Below are positions 37,475-47,348 of a stretch of 64,000 bases of DNA, piece after piece. The DNA lies in the sequence record MH571750.1; one strand, written 5' to 3'. The notes under the pieces are model-generated. The model did no database searches. It was not told the origin of the DNA and saw nothing but the letters and a program-made list of their open reading frames with translations. The translations under genes and the position numbers were made by a program. Numbering within the stretch: position 1 is the first letter of the stretch; each line of letters starts with the position of its first letter. This DNA is from Escherichia phage vB_EcoM-Ro111lw.

Positions 37475-39835
37475 ATGGCAGATTACAAATTGAGTCAATT
37501 AAACTCAATCGACACAATTAGTTCAGAAGACCTATTGCACATCAGAGTTAAGAAAAGACCTGAAATGTTGGGTGACGAAGACCGTAGAATGACCTATCAA
37601 GACTTCTTAGCTTCCTTCAAACTAGAAAGGTTTGTTCAGATTGCTGGGAGCAATATGACGGGGGATTTAGGTATTGTCAAGTTACTTTACGGTGGCAAGG
37701 CTGTATTTGACCCTACAGGTTCTTCTGAAATTACTATTGGGGATGTTTTAAAGACTTTTAAACTTAACGCAAATGGTCTTAAACTAACTATTGCAGATGC
37801 TTCAAGGTCAGCAACTGTTTATCATACTCTGAATAAGCCAAGTCCTAATGAACTTGGGATGAGAACTAATGAAGAAAATGATGCAAGATATGCAAGACTT
37901 GCTGTTACAAATAACTTCAGTATTAGGCAAGCAATTGTAACTGATGGTGAGCAGTTAACTCTTAAGAAGGCAACCAATGCAGGTGCTTCATATATTCAAG
38001 GTAGAGATGCTAATAACCAGCAAACTTGGTATGTTGGACAGGGGACTTCAAACAGTACCAATGTTTATTTGTACAATCATGCTACTGGCTCAATGTTAAC
38101 CCTTGATGCAACAGCAGCATTTAATAAGTCACTTAGAATCTCCGGACAGATTCAACCTTCAGATTTCTCTAACTTAGATGCTAGATACTTCACTCAGACA
38201 GTTGCTAATCAGAGATTTGCACAGTTAGCTGGCAATAATACTTTTACAGGTGCTAACACTTTCACTAACCTTGTTGCTAAGAAGAATGCTAATGCTATTA
38301 CTTTACAGAATACTGATGCAAGTACAGCACTTTACATTCTCGGTAAGAAGTCTGATGGAACAAATAAATGGTATGTTGGTACAGATTCTGACGAGACACG
38401 TCTAAACATTTATAACTACCTTACAGGTTCACAGATTTCACTAGGTACTACTATTGGTATCAATAAGACTGTGCAAATCACTGGACAAGTCCAACCTTCA
38501 GATTGGGCTAATATTGACTCTAGATATATTCCGGCAGCAACATTAAGTACGATTGCAAGAACTAATGCTGCTAATACATTCTCTGCACAACAGGTTATCA
38601 ACTCTGATGGCGAAGCTCTTGCGTTACAAGCAAAAACTGTAACGTCATTGTTTATCAGAGGTAAATCTGCTGATGGAACTAGCAAGTGGTATGTTGGGAA
38701 TGGTGATGCCAGCGACATCTTAAACCTGTATAACTACAAGACAGGTAAAGGGCTTAACATTGGTTCATCATTCGAAATGAATGCAACTTTAACAATCACT
38801 GGGCAAGTTCAACCTTCAGATTTCTCTAACTTAGATGCTAGATATTACACGCAATCTACCGCAAACTCTAGGTATATGCTTGCTTATTCTTCTGGCACTG
38901 GTACAGAGGTAGGTGATAGTGATGGAATTGCTTGGAATGCTAAAACTGGTCTGTATAATGTTATAACGAAATCTGGTGGTTCAACACAACTGGTCTACCA
39001 TATGTATCAGGGTAGCAGTTCTACACCAGCAGCTCAGTTAAAATTTAACTACAACAATGGCGGTTTTTGGTATAGGTCAGCAAGAGACGGTTATGGTTTT
39101 GAGAGTGCTTGGTCTAAAATCTATACAGACAAAGATAAACCAACCCCTTCAGACATCGGTGCATACACTAAAGCTGAAACTGACCAGAAGATTGCAGATG
39201 CAATTAGTGACTCTACAGACCTGAATAAAATCTATCCAGTAGGGATTGTGACGTGGTTTAACAGTAATGTCAACCCTAACACAGCACTTCCTGGGTTAAC
39301 TTGGACGTACCTGAACAATGGTGTTGGCAGAACTATTAGAATTGCAGCAGCAAATGGTTCAGATGTTGCTACAACTGGTGGTTCAGACTCTGTAACATTA
39401 GCTGTTGGTAACTTGCCTTCACACACGCATAGTTTCTCTGCTACCACTTCATCATTTGATTATGGTACTAAGACTTCTAGCACAACTGGTAACCATAACC
39501 ACAACAGAGGGACTATGGAGATTACTGGTACAGTGGGTTACTTTAGAAGTGACTCTAGCAGCTTCTACACAGCAAGTGGTGCATTCACACTTGGTAGCTC
39601 AACTGCTTCTAAGGGTTTTACTGGCTCTAACTTCACTAATGGTATCCCTGCTAACTTTAATGCGTCAAGAACTTGGTCTGGTGTAACGAATACGACAGGT
39701 AACCACAGCCACACTGTTGGTATTGGTGCTCACAGCCACACAGTTAGTGGTAACACAGGTGGTACTGGTTCTGGTTCAGCATTTAGTGTTACTAACCAGT
39801 TCTATAAGTTAATGGCTTGGGTGAGAACTGCTTAG
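37475..39835 (+). CDS. Long tail fibre protein (786 aa) with internal repeats and His-rich HxH C-terminal domain
   Basis: Repeated about 90-aa units (…QPSDFSNLDARY… occurs twice, QPSDWANIDSRY once); C-terminus GNLPSHTHSF…GNHSHTVGIGAHSHTV…AFSV… parallels the 391-aa fibre. Confidence 0.75.
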   Translation: MADYKLSQLNSIDTISSEDLLHIRVKKRPEMLGDEDRRMTYQDFLASFKLERFVQIAGSNMTGDLGIVKLLYGGKAVFDPTGSSEITIGDVLKTFKLNANGLKLTIADASRSATVYHTLNKPSPNELGMRTNEENDARYARLAVTNNFSIRQAIVTDGEQLTLKKATNAGASYIQGRDANNQQTWYVGQGTSNSTNVYLYNHATGSMLTLDATAAFNKSLRISGQIQPSDFSNLDARYFTQTVANQRFAQLAGNNTFTGANTFTNLVAKKNANAITLQNTDASTALYILGKKSDGTNKWYVGTDSDETRLNIYNYLTGSQISLGTTIGINKTVQITGQVQPSDWANIDSRYIPAATLSTIARTNAANTFSAQQVINSDGEALALQAKTVTSLFIRGKSADGTSKWYVGNGDASDILNLYNYKTGKGLNIGSSFEMNATLTITGQVQPSDFSNLDARYYTQSTANSRYMLAYSSGTGTEVGDSDGIAWNAKTGLYNVITKSGGSTQLVYHMYQGSSSTPAAQLKFNYNNGGFWYRSARDGYGFESAWSKIYTDKDKPTPSDIGAYTKAETDQKIADAISDSTDLNKIYPVGIVTWFNSNVNPNTALPGLTWTYLNNGVGRTIRIAAANGSDVATTGGSDSVTLAVGNLPSHTHSFSATTSSFDYGTKTSSTTGNHNHNRGTMEITGTVGYFRSDSSSFYTASGAFTLGSSTASKGFTGSNFTNGIPANFNASRTWSGVTNTTGNHSHTVGIGAHSHTVSGNTGGTGSGSAFSVTNQFYKLMAWVRTA

Positions 39836-39914
39836 TCCCTTATTGACTGATTGTTAAGATGGTGCTAATATTCTTTATGGGTATTCTCACCATCTTGGCT
39901 GATGAGGTGATTAA

Positions 39915-40112
39915 ATGCCTACAATCCTAGCAATTCTTCTAAAAAATCTAGGTAGCTTCTTCTGGAAACTCATTTTATCCCTTCTAAGTGAATACATGAT
40001 TGAGAAAGTGTTCTTTAAGCTTGCAAGATACCTTGCGAGTAAGACAGACACACCTATTGATGATGAGTTCGTAGATAACTTAGAAAAAGCTTTTAAGGGG
40101 GAGAATAAATGA
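39915..40112 (+). CDS. Hypothetical small protein (65 aa)
   Basis: ORF track. Confidence 0.4.
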   Translation: MPTILAILLKNLGSFFWKLILSLLSEYMIEKVFFKLARYLASKTDTPIDDEFVDNLEKAFKGENK

Positions 40113-40480
40113 AGTGGCTAGAGGATGCTTTTAAAAATAATATTGGTGCAATTGTAGTTGGTATTTTTAGTGTTATTGGGATGTATACCACGATGCAGGT
40201 TTCAAGTGGTAAACAAGAAGTGTCTGTCACAACAAAGTTACAACAGCTAGATAATTATTCCAAAAGTAACTATTCAGCTATTCGTGATTTACAGTCTGAC
40301 ATGAGACTGATTCAGCTAGGGATGGAGAACCAGAAAGTCCAGTTAGAGAATGTTAAGGGTGAAAACGCAAAACTTACCAAAACCCTTGATAAATTCTCTG
40401 ACAGTGTGAACAATCTGGCTCAATCAGTATCAGCCTTGCAAGCTATTACTGAAAAGAACACAAAGAATACTGAAAAATAA
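40109..40480 (+). CDS. Hypothetical protein with N-terminal TM helix and coiled-coil (123 aa)
   Basis: N-terminal IGAIVVGIFSVIGMYTTMQV; remainder helical/Gln-Leu rich. Confidence 0.45.
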   Translation: MKWLEDAFKNNIGAIVVGIFSVIGMYTTMQVSSGKQEVSVTTKLQQLDNYSKSNYSAIRDLQSDMRLIQLGMENQKVQLENVKGENAKLTKTLDKFSDSVNNLAQSVSALQAITEKNTKNTEK

Positions 40481-40487
40481 AATTTAA

Positions 40488-40517
40488 GGCTCCTTTTTAC
40501 GGGAGCCTTTTTGTTTT
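40488..40517. terminator. Bidirectional rho-independent terminator between convergent gene blocks (GGCTCC / GGAGCC flanked by T-runs)
   Basis: aaggctcctttttacgggagcctttttgttttt read directly. Confidence 0.7.
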
Positions 40518-41416
40518 TACTTGCCTACTGACAGAGGTGCTTCAATCTTTCCTGCATGTTGGTAGTTGTTAATGCCACCAATAAAATCACTTGCAGTAAG
40601 ATGTTTCAGGTCACTTAAAGTATTAAGTGGTAGACCAATCTCAAAAGTTGGTGCATGGAACTCTTCATTGTTCATCAGTTCATAAACCTGTTTCATATGG
40701 TTCTGATAAATCTGAGTATCTCCAAAGACACCTATCAAGTACCGTGGAGTGTATCCAGTCATCTTACAAAGAACTTCTAAGATGAAACCATAAGACGCAA
40801 TGTTAAATGGAAGTCCTAAAAAGGTGTCTACAGAACGCTGATACCATTGCAAATCCACTTCACCTTCATTAGTGATATAAATCTGAAACAGAACATGACA
40901 AGGTGCTAAAGCCATTGAGTTTGCTGCAATATCTGCTGCATTCCAAGCATTAACAAGCATGTAACGGTCTGTGATATCACCCTTCATCTTCGTTACTAAG
41001 GTCTCTAGTTGGTCTACAACACAACCATTATGACCTTCAAAGTTTCTCCACTGAACCCCATAGATTCTCCCACCTGCATCATCTAACCAATCTTGTTCAG
41101 AAGAATAATTAGAGCTTAACCAGCGTTTAAAATCATCTGACCAGATAGTCCAGCGTTCCCCGTCATTTTCATCCCAAGTACGGTAACGAAGTTCACCCAG
41201 CTTATTCTCACCATTCAGGAACCATAAAGCCTCCCCAATAACTTGCCGTGTAAACACCTGTTTAGATGTTAAGAGCGGGAAACCAGTCCTCATATCAAAA
41301 CGAAACTGAGGTGGAGCAAAAGCAGAGATAACATCTCCAGTTCTTGTAGTACGCAGTTCACCAACGGATAAAACATGGTTCAGGATATTTTTGTAACTTG
41401 TATCTGCTTGTGACAT
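40517..41416 (-). CDS. thyA: Thymidylate synthase (ThyA/Td type)
   Basis: Contains the active-site region ...ALAPCHVLFQIY... and the overall conserved ThyA sequence pattern (RTGTGT..., DLQWYQRSVD, GLPFNIASY). Confidence 0.9.
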   Translation of the reverse strand: MSQADTSYKNILNHVLSVGELRTTRTGDVISAFAPPQFRFDMRTGFPLLTSKQVFTRQVIGEALWFLNGENKLGELRYRTWDENDGERWTIWSDDFKRWLSSNYSSEQDWLDDAGGRIYGVQWRNFEGHNGCVVDQLETLVTKMKGDITDRYMLVNAWNAADIAANSMALAPCHVLFQIYITNEGEVDLQWYQRSVDTFLGLPFNIASYGFILEVLCKMTGYTPRYLIGVFGDTQIYQNHMKQVYELMNNEEFHAPTFEIGLPLNTLSDLKHLTASDFIGGINNYQHAGKIEAPLSVGK

Positions 41417-41417
41417 A

Positions 41418-41963
41418 TCAAAAGTGTCCTTTTACTTGTGGAACATAAATTTCAAAAGTTGCTTTACCATCCTCTGATGGTTTTGACTGTACCTTTGTAA
41501 ACACACGGTTATCATACAGCTTCTCAAAGAAGTTTTCAAAAGGTAAATGCACAGTGGCCTCTTCAGTAACTTTATGGAAAACAGTATGGAACACCACACT
41601 AGCATACGGTAAAGCATTGACAAGGATACCTGCACCACCAATTACAAAGACATCTTCATCAATAGAGCTATCAAGATACTTCAAAAATGCTCCAAATGAC
41701 TCTTTACTGGCTTTAGCATACATTATCTCATCTTTGCCAAAATCTATGCCTAAGTATGGTACAGAATTTGTTAAGATTAGGTTTGCACGTTCTGGTAAAG
41801 GTTTACTCCCCAGAGTCTTGAAAGTCTCGTTACCCATCACTACTAAGTTGTTTTTAGTGAGTCTCTTAAACTCTTGCATGTCCTGTTTATGTCGAGGCCA
41901 CGGCATACCAGTTGGAGTACCAAACTCACCATTTTCACCACTTGCAAAGATTAATTTAATCAT
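41418..41963 (-). CDS. frd: Dihydrofolate reductase
   Basis: N-terminus MIKLIFASGENGEFG...GMPW...VVMGNETFKTLG matches the DHFR fold signature; adjacent to thyA as in T4-type phages. Confidence 0.85.
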   Translation of the reverse strand: MIKLIFASGENGEFGTPTGMPWPRHKQDMQEFKRLTKNNLVVMGNETFKTLGSKPLPERANLILTNSVPYLGIDFGKDEIMYAKASKESFGAFLKYLDSSIDEDVFVIGGAGILVNALPYASVVFHTVFHKVTEEATVHLPFENFFEKLYDNRVFTKVQSKPSEDGKATFEIYVPQVKGHF

Positions 41964-42220
41964 TTTGTAAATCCTTTCTTAATGAACCAGTTGATAACAT
42001 TCTTCACCGCTTTATTGCTATGATAGATTAAGTGTGGTGCAGGTTGGTATGAACCATAAGCCCAGAAAGCAATAATTTCACTACACCCTGTACACCTTGT
42101 ACTCTCTTCAGCAATATGACCGTTGACTATTTCACTTACCTCACCTTGTAAGTCTGTGCATCCACAATGTGGACAACGGATAGGTGCTCCGTCAGACTCA
42201 TAGCAGTGTTCAATTTTCAT
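41960..42220 (-). CDS. Hypothetical Cys4 zinc-ribbon protein (86 aa)
   Basis: CPHCGC ... CTGCSE pairs. Confidence 0.5.
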   Translation of the reverse strand: MKIEHCYESDGAPIRCPHCGCTDLQGEVSEIVNGHIAEESTRCTGCSEIIAFWAYGSYQPAPHLIYHSNKAVKNVINWFIKKGFTK

Positions 42221-42736
42221 TTATTTAACCTCAAAAACTGGTTCAAGAACCAATATAAAATCTACACAGTCATCTTCTTCATCCAGAATACCATCAAAGT
42301 TCTTAGGAACGAAGTCGAAGAGGCTCATCACAAAGCAGTCAGAAGTAACCCTGATAGTTCCTCCAATGTTCTCTACAGTTAACACTGTACGACTTTCTTT
42401 TACCTCTCGCAAAAGATTACTCACAAAGTCATCTAAGAAGTACTTCATCAGTGATTTAAAGCCTTTAGGGTAATCTGTACCAGAGTATGTTTCAATCTGA
42501 GGTACAAGCTTAACATTTATACTAGTCTTTGTTAAGAATGTGTTAGAGAACATACTATCAGGTAACTTACAAACAATCTTTCCAGTACCTTCATGTTCAA
42601 TCTCAACAAAACCAGCTTCATCGCCACATGTAACTATTTTAAAAGATGCTTCATTCTCACACTGTGAAGCCATAAACTTTTTAAGCATCACTTTAAGGAA
42701 ATCTGCATGAGCATCTTGTAAGTAGACATCAATCAT
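42221..42736 (-). CDS. Hypothetical protein (171 aa)
   Basis: ORF track. Confidence 0.5.
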   Translation of the reverse strand: MIDVYLQDAHADFLKVMLKKFMASQCENEASFKIVTCGDEAGFVEIEHEGTGKIVCKLPDSMFSNTFLTKTSINVKLVPQIETYSGTDYPKGFKSLMKYFLDDFVSNLLREVKESRTVLTVENIGGTIRVTSDCFVMSLFDFVPKNFDGILDEEDDCVDFILVLEPVFEVK

Positions 42737-42749
42737 AGTTAATCACCTA

Positions 42750-43109
42750 TTATGGGAACAGACACTTAATGTCATCATTTTTGAAAACGAAGCTTGTGTA
42801 ATTGTGACCATCAACATCCAGCCAAACAGCCTGAACATCTACACCATCAAGATTGTGGTAAAGCTCTTTGATGAAGTGGTCTTTTACAATCTGGCTACTA
42901 GTTGTTTCCAGCTTAATGTTTGAGATTGCTGAACCTACAGCCATATAACCCATGACACGTTTCTTCTCAGTATGCTTAATCTTACCATCTTTATAAGCCA
43001 TAATGAGATTGGAAAGAATCTTCACACCATAATACTTTTCAAGGTGAGTAGGTACACCATAAAAGCCTAATGCGAAGTTTTCAGAGTGGATAATGTTTTC
43101 ACGTTTCAT
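42750..43109 (-). CDS. Hypothetical protein (119 aa)
   Basis: ORF track. Confidence 0.5.
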   Translation of the reverse strand: MKRENIIHSENFALGFYGVPTHLEKYYGVKILSNLIMAYKDGKIKHTEKKRVMGYMAVGSAISNIKLETTSSQIVKDHFIKELYHNLDGVDVQAVWLDVDGHNYTSFVFKNDDIKCLFP

Positions 43110-43110
43110 A

Positions 43111-43440
43111 TTAATCTGCCAGCCTTAAATTAAAATTAACACCAAATTTTTCGCATACTTCCAACATATACTCAAGGGAGACATTACCAGTGAGGTGGAT
43201 TATGTTGGATACGCGAGCCTGAGAGATACCACAAATTTTAGCAACTTGCTCTTGAGAAAGACCTCTGGATTTAATCTCTCTCTTAAAACGATGTGCAACG
43301 AAGTCTCTCATTTCGTCTACATCCATTGGACAAATATAACTCTCCATTTCAGCCTCTCTGTCAGCCTCCCAATCATCTTGTGGAGCATAAGGGTCAAAAG
43401 TCTCATTCATCTTTCTTCTTCCGTTTGCGTGAAGTGTCAA
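43111..43440 (-). CDS. Helix-turn-helix (XRE-like) DNA-binding protein (109 aa)
   Basis: GLSQEQVAKICGISQARVSNIIH is a classic HTH recognition pattern. Confidence 0.6.
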   Translation of the reverse strand: MTLHANGRRKMNETFDPYAPQDDWEADREAEMESYICPMDVDEMRDFVAHRFKREIKSRGLSQEQVAKICGISQARVSNIIHLTGNVSLEYMLEVCEKFGVNFNLRLAD

Positions 43441-43615
43441 TCAATGAATCTATGTTTGTAGCCCTAACCTTTTCACGTTCATCGTTAAGATAATCATCAA
43501 GAGCCTTTTCAATCTGTGAATCATCTTGACAGATAACTGTAAAGACTGTAAAGCCGTCTGTATCATCAATTATCTTACCATAACCACTTCTAGGATGTAA
43601 CTTTTTAAGAGCCAT
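43403..43615 (-). CDS. Hypothetical protein (70 aa)
   Basis: ORF track. Confidence 0.4.
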   Translation of the reverse strand: MALKKLHPRSGYGKIIDDTDGFTVFTVICQDDSQIEKALDDYLNDEREKVRATNIDSLIDTSRKRKKKDE

Positions 43616-43616
43616 A

Positions 43617-44000
43617 TCAAATACCTGTGCAGCTTCTGTTTTCTAAGAAATACTCAACACCATACATAGCTTTTTGCATCAAATCTTCTTTAAACTGAAT
43701 ACGATGATTGAGCATAGTCTGTACATCAATATCATCAGGGTGCTTCTCTTTAATATTTGCAGATTGCAGGAAATACTCTGCAAGAACACGATACTGATAG
43801 TCAGTTACCTTATCAGTCATCTCTGTTAAAGACTCTTCAGAGATTGGTTTAAGTAACTCACCATTAGTCAAAGCAACACCTTTAACAATCTGACAAGTGT
43901 CTTCTGGAACACCTGATAAGTCCACATTTGGGAGTTCTGTTGCATTGACTGGTAAATTCATTGACATAACCATTGCAGCAGCTAATAAAATCTTTTTCAT
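43617..44000 (-). CDS. Predicted secreted/periplasmic protein (127 aa, N-terminal signal peptide)
   Basis: MKKILLAAAMVMSMNLPVNATE signal-peptide-like N-terminus. Confidence 0.5.
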   Translation of the reverse strand: MKKILLAAAMVMSMNLPVNATELPNVDLSGVPEDTCQIVKGVALTNGELLKPISEESLTEMTDKVTDYQYRVLAEYFLQSANIKEKHPDDIDVQTMLNHRIQFKEDLMQKAMYGVEYFLENRSCTGI

Positions 44001-44431
44001 AATGACCTCAAAGTTATATTAAATTTTGTATTACATTGAGCATAAAAATAAGCTATAACACCTGACTTGTCAACAGATTTTATAGCTTATTTGGCAGATT
44101 TTTTATAAGGCTACTGCCATCCTTCCATACCAGACCACACCATGCAAAACCAGACTTCACATCGCCTTGCCGTGCAATACATTACTTAAAAACCCTCTTA
44201 GAAGACTCTTAAGTGATGCTGGTGAGTACCTGTTGGTTTATGCTGCTCAGTATACTCACCAAATTTTCTATGTCAACAACTTTATATAAAAGTCCTGATA
44301 GCTATATGTGTTACAAAACAGAAGATTGTGAACAAGACACCCATTGCAAAGGATGTGTTCAAAAGTTTACTTGTTATGTAAGACAATACAAAGACAACTA
44401 ATGCAAACAGAATGATTGTGCTTAACATAGT

Positions 44432-45535
44432 TTACTCATAATCCCTAATAACTAGCCCAACAGGAAACTGTAAAGAACCCTTACGAGTCATCTTCTGGAA
44501 CTGAACCGTTAAAGGCTTCCCAATAAACTCTTCAGGATGCTCAGCAAGATACTGTTTCTTCTCATGAGTAGTCTTCCATGAGACATCTACAAAGACGTTA
44601 GGAAGAGTCTCTACAACGAACTTGCCATGACCACGCTTATCAGTCTTTACACCAGTCACTTTAAACTCTTCAGTGTGCATCTTCTTGTGCTTAATCAAGA
44701 AGTATGAACGGTGACAGCACTCATAGAAGGAGTCTTCAGAGATTGAACGGTACATTGCACCTTCAAACTTAGCTTCAACCCACTTATCATGAGCTTCATC
44801 AAACTCTTCCCAAGAATTTACACGACGAGACTTAACAGGAACAACTTTACAGCCGTCTCTAAAGTCATTCAATGGTGAAGTCTCAATAATATCTCTACGC
44901 TCAGGCCACGTCTTAGTACTGTCACAGATATCATACCAGTAAAACTTAAGTAGATGACGGTCAGGATTGTCTTCATTTTTAATCATAGAGACAATATCTT
45001 CTAAGTCCCACCCATGAGCATAAATCTCACCATCAAATTCATCAACATCTTTGTGGAGCCTTAACATTGCCATAATGTCAGGTATTAGCTCAGTGGGGAT
45101 TTTATAAACAGTATTCTCACGAGAGTATGCTGTAAATACACTACCAATGCTTAAGTGTCTTGAAATTCTACAACGGACACCATCAAGTTTTGGTTGAGCG
45201 TCAGCAGGGAACTTCAGATACTTTGCATGACTAACCTTTGCAGCATCATGAGCAAGCTGTACACCTACCTTCTCAGTATTCTGTGCAGACTCTTTTGTGT
45301 AAGCATAACCTTTGCGGTCAACTTGTTTTTTATACTTAGCAGCAACTTCAAAGAGAGCTTGTTGTTCAGCGTTACGCTCATTCTTTTTACCGATGTTTTT
45401 AGGTTCTGCTGTATACTCTTCAAACATCATCTTGCCATTTTCTTTGCCATACGTGGTAACAACTTTGTCACCTACAGCGACACATGACCAGACGTTAAAA
45501 GAGCCATCTTTATTTTGTTTGTATAGAATTGTCAT
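44432..45535 (-). CDS. ATP-dependent DNA ligase
   Basis: Adenylation motif I KLDGVRC (KxDG) in ...AQPKLDGVRCRIS...; size 367 aa consistent with T7-type ligases. Confidence 0.85.
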   Translation of the reverse strand: MTILYKQNKDGSFNVWSCVAVGDKVVTTYGKENGKMMFEEYTAEPKNIGKKNERNAEQQALFEVAAKYKKQVDRKGYAYTKESAQNTEKVGVQLAHDAAKVSHAKYLKFPADAQPKLDGVRCRISRHLSIGSVFTAYSRENTVYKIPTELIPDIMAMLRLHKDVDEFDGEIYAHGWDLEDIVSMIKNEDNPDRHLLKFYWYDICDSTKTWPERRDIIETSPLNDFRDGCKVVPVKSRRVNSWEEFDEAHDKWVEAKFEGAMYRSISEDSFYECCHRSYFLIKHKKMHTEEFKVTGVKTDKRGHGKFVVETLPNVFVDVSWKTTHEKKQYLAEHPEEFIGKPLTVQFQKMTRKGSLQFPVGLVIRDYE

Positions 45536-45540
45536 TCAAA

Positions 45541-46089
45541 TTACCTTAGCATGTGTGATTTTACTGGAATAAAGATACCAAATTGTGAGACTGCTAAATC
45601 AGATAGTGACATACACTGTTCAGGTAAGTACACAAAAACCCCTGTGTAGAAGTCTATAAAAGAACCATCATCTTGTTTGCAGGCTAGTTTTCCATAACCA
45701 TAGTTGTACAACTTTAATGAACCATCATCATACTTTAAGTAGTTCTTGAACTGAACATTAAAAGCATATTCAGAGAACCTTGTGTACAGGTCATAAAGCA
45801 ACCCAATACTGTCGTCGACTATTGCTACACCAAACTTTTTACAAATATCTACATAGTTTTTGTATAATTTATTATGATTTTCAGGTGTTGCAAAGTTTGT
45901 ATACCAATGTTCTAAGATAGATAACTTAATTGGCTGATTTTTAGAATATTCTAATACCTTCATGTCATACCAAGATTTCCTAAGTCTGACATCATCTAGC
46001 CTTAAATTTTGAGACACTTCACGGAAGTTTTTGATGATTATATTTCTGCGCCTATTGTCAATCATAATCAGCCCTCTGAGTGATACCAA
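45541..46089 (-). CDS. Hypothetical protein (182 aa)
   Basis: ORF track. Confidence 0.5.
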   Translation of the reverse strand: MVSLRGLIMIDNRRRNIIIKNFREVSQNLRLDDVRLRKSWYDMKVLEYSKNQPIKLSILEHWYTNFATPENHNKLYKNYVDICKKFGVAIVDDSIGLLYDLYTRFSEYAFNVQFKNYLKYDDGSLKLYNYGYGKLACKQDDGSFIDFYTGVFVYLPEQCMSLSDLAVSQFGIFIPVKSHMLR

Positions 46090-46259
46090 GTATTACAAGC
46101 ATTACATGCGTAAAGCTCTAAGTCATTTTTATCTGGTTTATGAAAACAGTTTGCTCCGCAGTGGCAACGAAACGGCTTTCCACCAACTGTCAGGATGAAG
46201 GATTGAACCTTTCCATCTGGAGTTCGTACAGCATTTTTATGCTTATCTTCTTTGTTCAT
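46068..46259 (-). CDS. Hypothetical zinc-finger-like small protein (63 aa)
   Basis: CHCGANCFH ... CNACN. Confidence 0.4.
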   Translation of the reverse strand: MNKEDKHKNAVRTPDGKVQSFILTVGGKPFRCHCGANCFHKPDKNDLELYACNACNTWYHSEG

Positions 46260-46462
46260 TTTCTCTTACCACCAATCTCTACGTCAATAACTTGAACATC
46301 ACCAGCAACATCAAACTTATGAATGATGCTTTCCACAGTGTAAGTCCAACCCTCGATTCGAACCAACTCACCTTCTCGTGGGACGATTGGGTTACGTTGA
46401 GCTACGGTTGTAGTGGAGTGAACAACATCATAACAGTAGATATAGTTTACTAGGACTTCCAT
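46256..46462 (-). CDS. Hypothetical protein (68 aa)
   Basis: ORF track. Confidence 0.4.
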   Translation of the reverse strand: MEVLVNYIYCYDVVHSTTTVAQRNPIVPREGELVRIEGWTYTVESIIHKFDVAGDVQVIDVEIGGKRK

Positions 46463-46472
46463 CGTAAAAACC

Positions 46473-46730
46473 TCACTCTATAACAGTAGTGTGTGATTGA
46501 CCATTTTTGCCATAGCTATAAGATGTTGTTGTTTGAGAGTTTGGACATCTGACAACAACAATATCTCTGCTTATTGCATCCCCATTTAACTTATAGACTT
46601 TGCAATCTTGCATCTCTGGTGGGAGACTATAAGAAGCATTTTTGTCCTCATAAGAGGGGTTGCAGCCAGATAGAAAAAGTACTCCAAGTGCAACCATTGC
46701 TTTCACACAACTCTTAACCTTATTGTTCAC
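46473..46730 (-). CDS. Predicted lipoprotein (85 aa; signal peptide plus lipobox LSGC)
   Basis: MNNKVKSCVKAMVALGVLFLSGCNPS...; candidate superinfection-exclusion type lipoprotein (inference). Confidence 0.55.
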   Translation of the reverse strand: MNNKVKSCVKAMVALGVLFLSGCNPSYEDKNASYSLPPEMQDCKVYKLNGDAISRDIVVVRCPNSQTTTSYSYGKNGQSHTTVIE

Positions 46731-46862
46731 GATAGTCTACCTCTCTGTATGTTTTTAAATAGTGAGTGATGAGTTCTGGTAATTCACTACGTTTAACGTT
46801 TGAACGAAGAAGTGTCCAGTCAAAACCTTTACCAACCCTTCCCCAGAGACTGTACATTTTCT

Positions 46863-47096
46863 TCATAGCAACTCCAGAATATCAATACGTTCACCTTTAA
46901 GTACTCCAGTACGGTCTTTTGCAATCTTACCGTCAACGATAAGGATGTGTGTAGACCTTAAAGCGTCGTTGTTAAAGGTTTTTACGAACTTGCTAGGCAT
47001 GACTACAATGGACATCTCCTGAATTAACTCTGGAGTGTAGCAGTTATCATGAAGTTGCTGAATAACGTCTGCAAGTGTCATTTTTGATGTCTCCAA
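46863..47096 (-). CDS. Hypothetical protein (77 aa)
   Basis: ORF track. Confidence 0.4.
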   Translation of the reverse strand: METSKMTLADVIQQLHDNCYTPELIQEMSIVVMPSKFVKTFNNDALRSTHILIVDGKIAKDRTGVLKGERIDILELL

Positions 47097-47287
47097 TATT
47101 CAATATCTACAAGTTCTTGTGCAATACTTTTCAGATTACCTTTCAAGAAAACCTTCTCAGAACCTGAAAGAGATGAATTGTCAATTAACCTGTTCATTCT
47201 CTCAAACAACTTCTGCTTACGATTTTTGATAGTCTCCTTTGAAGCACCTTTCATCATCGCTGCATGGGTTCTTCCACGATGGCTCAT
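47078..47287 (-). CDS. Hypothetical basic protein (69 aa)
   Basis: ORF track. Confidence 0.4.
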   Translation of the reverse strand: MSHRGRTHAAMMKGASKETIKNRKQKLFERMNRLIDNSSLSGSEKVFLKGNLKSIAQELVDIEYWRHQK

Positions 47288-47348
47288 AAGCCCTCCTATA
47301 TAAGATATAGTATAAGGTACTCTTCCATGAGCACCTTGTCAATACTAA

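Noticed and set aside
43111-43440. Lysogeny module (repressor/integrase)
   Set aside because: Only a small HTH protein is present; no integrase, excisionase or attachment-site-like tRNA 3' duplication was found, and the gene content is that of a virulent phage.
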